From: a virus
Taxonomy: Duplodnaviria; Caudoviricetes
Virus record (IMG/VR): IMGVR_UViG_3300033463_000005
Coordinates: 160,001 to 224,000 of that record
DNA: 64,000 bases
Direction: 5' to 3' (one strand)
The number at the start of each line of letters is the position of its first letter. The stretch's first letter is position 1. Made by a program: the position numbers and the translations under genes. Below the pieces are notes generated by a model. That model ran no database searches, was not told the DNA's origin, and saw only the letters and a program-made list of their open reading frames with translations. Shown here one piece after another: positions 60,585-64,000 of the stretch.

Positions 60585-60659
60585 TTTATGTAGCGATATA
60601 ACTTGATAAATCATTAATGATATCATCCATATCAGATGATTTGATTGCACCCATCACAT
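60585..60659 (-). pseudogene. diverged copy of the last 75 nt of the recA/uvsX gene
   Basis: 62/75 ungapped identity by hand alignment with 30305..30379. Confidence 0.85.
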
Positions 60660-60681
60660 TTCGTAAATTTGTTATAATAAA

Positions 60682-60709
60682 TTGCTGAGGGGCACTTGCC
60701 CCTCAGCAA
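60682..60709 (-). terminator. intrinsic terminator
   Basis: TTGCTGAGGGGCA-CT-TGCCCCTCAGCAA. Confidence 0.85.
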
Positions 60710-60734
60710 CTCATCATTTGTTCATATCAGTTGA

Positions 60735-60992
60735 TCAGTCAAAGAATCTACCGGGCTTCGGAGACAGGGGTGGTTCAGGCTGCTTGTAGCCGAGAGCAAG
60801 ATCAGAATCCTCGATGTCAATATCGAACTGACCACTCTTCAGAGAGTTGTTGCCGCCAGAAACGATGGATTCCGGATTGAACGATGTGAACTTCGCAGCA
60901 AAGAGATCGGCATAACGAGAAGATGCTGCATCATAGCTTTCCTGCACGACCGGATCAGTGCTCATTGGATCGAACTCGAAATCATTACGCAT
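60735..60992 (-). CDS. small putative virion protein with VQES motif
   Basis: AAAGGAG RBS; high-expression codon bias; DPVVQES. Confidence 0.6.
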   Translation of the reverse strand: MRNDFEFDPMSTDPVVQESYDAASSRYADLFAAKFTSFNPESIVSGGNNSLKSGQFDIDIEDSDLALGYKQPEPPLSPKPGRFFD

Positions 60993-61005
60993 GATGAATT
61001 CTCCT

Positions 61006-62394
61006 TTACATTGAATTTGTTTGATCCTTACCGTAAAGATCAGTCAACAATTGGTTGATATACAACTGGTTGATTGTGATGATCAAACGGTAAGTATTCG
61101 CGTAGTTTACGTTCTGGAATTTTAGTGTCCTAGTCGCCCAGTCCACATAATATCCATCACGTATCAATGAATGATTTTCTCTCATATCAACATGAACGAA
61201 TAACTCTGGATTCATTTTATGTTGAAGATGATAGTCAATCATTTTATTGATTGTTTGTCCAAAGATACTTCCGATATTGACTTCCGTTTCACCCCAGTCC
61301 AGCTTAATGATTGGACGTGAATGAATCTTCCATCCATATAGCAACGGAAAATCTTTTTCATTGAAAACATCAGAAAAGATTGGTATAGAAATTGCACCTG
61401 GGGTTGGTTCAATCATCCGATACGGGCCTGGGTTCGGAACTGACAAATCAAACATACCAATTGTATTGAATTCACATTCAATTGTGAATGTAATTGGACA
61501 GTCTGATTCCGCCTGACCAATCTTTGTGACATTTGTGTAGTTTAGCTCATGCATCCGACACAACAGTGACGTCATATAATATGAATAGAATGCATCTTTG
61601 TGTCGTCCCGATGAGAATCGATACGATACAGGATACATCGAATTCATATTCAAATAATCCACAAATTGTGACACATTTCCTTCTGCGTCTTTAACAGGAA
61701 TTCCCGCATAACGAGAAATCTCCATTAAGAACCCATCAGGAAGAGCCATTTCCAGTGCAGTGTCGATATCAAAGTATTGCCCATTTGTTGGAATTTTATT
61801 GATGAGATAGGAAGCCCATCGCAATTGTTCCATAGCGGAACGGAATGACAGTACGAAATCAAAATACATGATCACACGATTGATCTTCCCACGCCATTCG
61901 ATTCCCTTCCGTTTGTCAAAGAATAACTTTTCCATTTCGGAGCGATTCTGAAACCGATTTGATGTGGTTGACCAAAGTGTGGTCGCATAAGATCCCGCAG
62001 CAAGTCGATGATCCAGACCACTGAGAGAAATACGAGGATTCACAACACAGATTGGATATGGTTGTGTACGAATTTGTTTTGGAGTATGCCTTAGCTGACG
62101 ATGCGCAATTGTGGTAGATGGTAAAGCAGTTGCGAATGTATTGGAAGGAAACAGGTCCAGAACAAACTGCAATAGAATCGCAGTCACATTTCCAACAGTA
62201 TGCGCCATATCAGTACCAGACTGACATGCCAATGATAACTCATAACCATGTCGATGATATTCTGGTGATAGGGAATTATACTGATAAGAATATCCGGGAT
62301 GCTGTTCCTCCAAATTGGTTTTACCCTCATTGAAATTATTTGCATTATCCCGATTCGGATGCATATCATCGTAATGTGTCATTGTTGCTGACAC
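61006..62394 (-). CDS. putative virion structural protein
   Basis: 462 aa, in operon with a baseplate-like gene. Confidence 0.5.
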   Translation of the reverse strand: MSATMTHYDDMHPNRDNANNFNEGKTNLEEQHPGYSYQYNSLSPEYHRHGYELSLACQSGTDMAHTVGNVTAILLQFVLDLFPSNTFATALPSTTIAHRQLRHTPKQIRTQPYPICVVNPRISLSGLDHRLAAGSYATTLWSTTSNRFQNRSEMEKLFFDKRKGIEWRGKINRVIMYFDFVLSFRSAMEQLRWASYLINKIPTNGQYFDIDTALEMALPDGFLMEISRYAGIPVKDAEGNVSQFVDYLNMNSMYPVSYRFSSGRHKDAFYSYYMTSLLCRMHELNYTNVTKIGQAESDCPITFTIECEFNTIGMFDLSVPNPGPYRMIEPTPGAISIPIFSDVFNEKDFPLLYGWKIHSRPIIKLDWGETEVNIGSIFGQTINKMIDYHLQHKMNPELFVHVDMRENHSLIRDGYYVDWATRTLKFQNVNYANTYRLIITINQLYINQLLTDLYGKDQTNSM

Positions 62395-62813
62395 CTCGCG
62401 ATCAATACCGCCAAAACGGACGTGAATTTTTCGATATTATAATATCGAATAAACGGGAAGTCGAATTGTGTAATCGACGGACACCGATTCAGAATCATCA
62501 ATGGTCGCCACATGTTTGTGAGACCATAACGATCATATGCACATAGCTTCGGATTTCGTGTGTATTTCGGATCAAACTTTTCGACTGTATACATATCTGG
62601 ATAGGATTCCAGTATACGATAGAATTTCAAAGGAAGATACGAAATCACGACATCCCACGTATGTTCATTCAATGTATCATCAACCAACAATTGTTCTTCC
62701 CGAGATAATCTCACGGAGGTGGAAATATTTTCCAATGTGAAGAGATCGGATCTGATGTATGCAAGCAATGAGGGCAGCAATGTTTTTTCATCAGAGGTCA
62801 TTGGATCTCTCAT
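62379..62813 (-). CDS. baseplate wedge-like (T4 gp53/LysM-type) protein
   Basis: NPKLCAYDRYGLTNMWRPLMILN matches the RPxxxSYxxYGxxxxWxxxLxxN pattern. Confidence 0.6.
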   Translation of the reverse strand: MRDPMTSDEKTLLPSLLAYIRSDLFTLENISTSVRLSREEQLLVDDTLNEHTWDVVISYLPLKFYRILESYPDMYTVEKFDPKYTRNPKLCAYDRYGLTNMWRPLMILNRCPSITQFDFPFIRYYNIEKFTSVLAVLIARCQQQ

Positions 62814-62828
62814 CTCCTCTCATGAAAT

Positions 62829-63113
62829 TTATTGTACACGGACATACATTTGAAAGATGTCATTATCATCACAGACCAGCGTCGCTTTGTAATCACCATT
62901 TGGATTTTGAATCATTCGAGATTCATTTAGAATTCGAATCGGAAGTTTGAATAACTCCGTTAACTCAATGGATCCAGATTGATAATTAACAGAAGAGAAC
63001 ACTGGGGATACAATCTCAATGATATCACCATCTTTGATTGTATCCCGTGTACGTATGATACATGTTGATGTATGAGGGATGGAAATCGTCATATCACGAT
63101 TTTGTAGTAACAT
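62829..63113 (-). CDS. hypothetical protein
   Basis: 94-aa ORF in a structural operon. Confidence 0.7.
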   Translation of the reverse strand: MLLQNRDMTISIPHTSTCIIRTRDTIKDGDIIEIVSPVFSSVNYQSGSIELTELFKLPIRILNESRMIQNPNGDYKATLVCDDNDIFQMYVRVQ

Positions 63114-63141
63114 GGTTCATCTCATCCCTTTCTTTCATACA

Positions 63142-64000
63142 TTACTCGGCTGCACCTTCACCATCATCGGCAATGCCTTCGGACTGACCGGTTGCAATCT
63201 TGCCGAGTGCAGAGACAGCATCAGAGAATGCCTTGACAACTGCATCAGCGGTGTTTGAGACATCGCTTGCCCAGGTCTTGACATTGTCGTTGATCTTCTG
63301 GAACTTCGCGGAGATCTTCTTCTGAGTACCAGCCTTAGACTGACCATGACGGACCTCTTCAGCAGTACAGAGAGACTTGATGAAGTTCTCGGCACCAGCC
63401 TTCTTGGTCTTGGAAGCAGCCTTAACGATACCAGCAGAAACCTGCTGTGCAACGTAGGTGTAGGTGATGAGCTCAGCAATATCCTCAGCGTCAGCGTTCT
63501 TGGTTGTGGAGATGCCCTTAACAGCCGGGAAGGAAGAACCCTTCAGAAGCTGCTTGTAGAGCGCATTCACATCCGGAACACCACCCTGATCGAAGCCAGT
63601 CTTCGGATCATTTGCAGCATACTTATCAGATGCGAAGAAGCCCTTCAGCATCTTGACAAAGCTCTGATCGAAAGACAGAACTTCCTGGACAGTTGGATCC
63701 TCAATGCAATCACCAATGCCCATGCCGAAGACAGAAGCGAGACGAGCCATGCAGTTACCATAGCTGAAGATCAGCTTCTCAGCTTCAGATGCAGTCGGGA
63801 AGATACCCTTTGCAAAAGTGATAGCATTCTTGGACTTACGGTTGGTTGCGAAATCACGAACCAGCGCCTGTGCAAGTGGTTTTGCAAATGCGATCATGAA
63901 GTTACCAGTGTTCGCAGCAGAAGCGGAAATACCATACTTCTTGCCGAGACCAATAATAGCCTTCATGTCACGATCAGCAGCAGTTTTCACCTTCTTGGCA
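63142..64000 (-). CDS. abundant putative virion protein (partial, starts beyond window end)
   Basis: Open frame to the edge, Ala/Lys-rich, strong codon bias, DPTVQEV motif. Confidence 0.6.
   Translation of the reverse strand, partial: AKKVKTAADRDMKAIIGLGKKYGISASAANTGNFMIAFAKPLAQALVRDFATNRKSKNAITFAKGIFPTASEAEKLIFSYGNCMARLASVFGMGIGDCIEDPTVQEVLSFDQSFVKMLKGFFASDKYAANDPKTGFDQGGVPDVNALYKQLLKGSSFPAVKGISTTKNADAEDIAELITYTYVAQQVSAGIVKAASKTKKAGAENFIKSLCTAEEVRHGQSKAGTQKKISAKFQKINDNVKTWASDVSNTADAVVKAFSDAVSALGKIATGQSEGIADDGEGAAE

Noticed and set aside
60585-60659. DGR template/variable repeat pair with the recA tail
   Set aside because: Mismatches are not confined to adenines of either copy and no reverse transcriptase is in the window
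1-64000. Stop-codon reassignment (common in gut jumbo phages)
   Set aside because: Core genes are full length in the standard code, and TAA, TGA and at least one TAG (42484) end genes at sensible places
1-64000. CRISPR array, tRNA genes, group I introns or inteins in RNAP/polymerase genes
   Set aside because: No regularly spaced repeats or cloverleafs seen; RNAP, polB and ligase frames are continuous with no LAGLIDADG/HNH or intein motifs noticed by eye

Overview
This 64 kb AT-rich window is from a jumbo myophage of the phiKZ/AR9(PBS1)-like type that encodes its own multisubunit RNA polymerases. Strong AGGAGG-type RBSs and BspA-type LRR proteins suggest a Firmicute host (inference). It uses the standard genetic code. 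It encodes: a virion-type RNAP beta subunit; a non-virion RNAP beta' N-terminal subunit (NADFDGD) with a probable sigma-like subunit; a split family-B DNA polymerase; RecA/UvsX; ThyX; SbcD/Mre11; an NAD-dependent ligase; several virion proteins; and a ~20 kb minus-strand block of small accessory genes. No tRNA, rRNA, CRISPR array or intron was recognised. The most notable finding is a set of putative head-packaged proteins sharing a hydrophobic-Q-E-small motif, a probable prohead-protease site. It includes a ~1600-aa polyprotein whose motif-delimited segments look like separate effectors: papain-fold deamidase/protease, two ADP-ribosyltransferase-like domains, a transglutaminase-like domain and a ferritin-like domain, plus an internal RBS/start. 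Also found: two promoter motifs (RTATATNATT and AAC[AG]-N6-TA); a terminator-promoter-hairpin cassette architecture; a candidate bistable RNA; a diverged orphan copy of the recA 3' end 30 kb away; and small genes absent from the ORF track. All domain calls come from motif reading by eye; no database searches were run.
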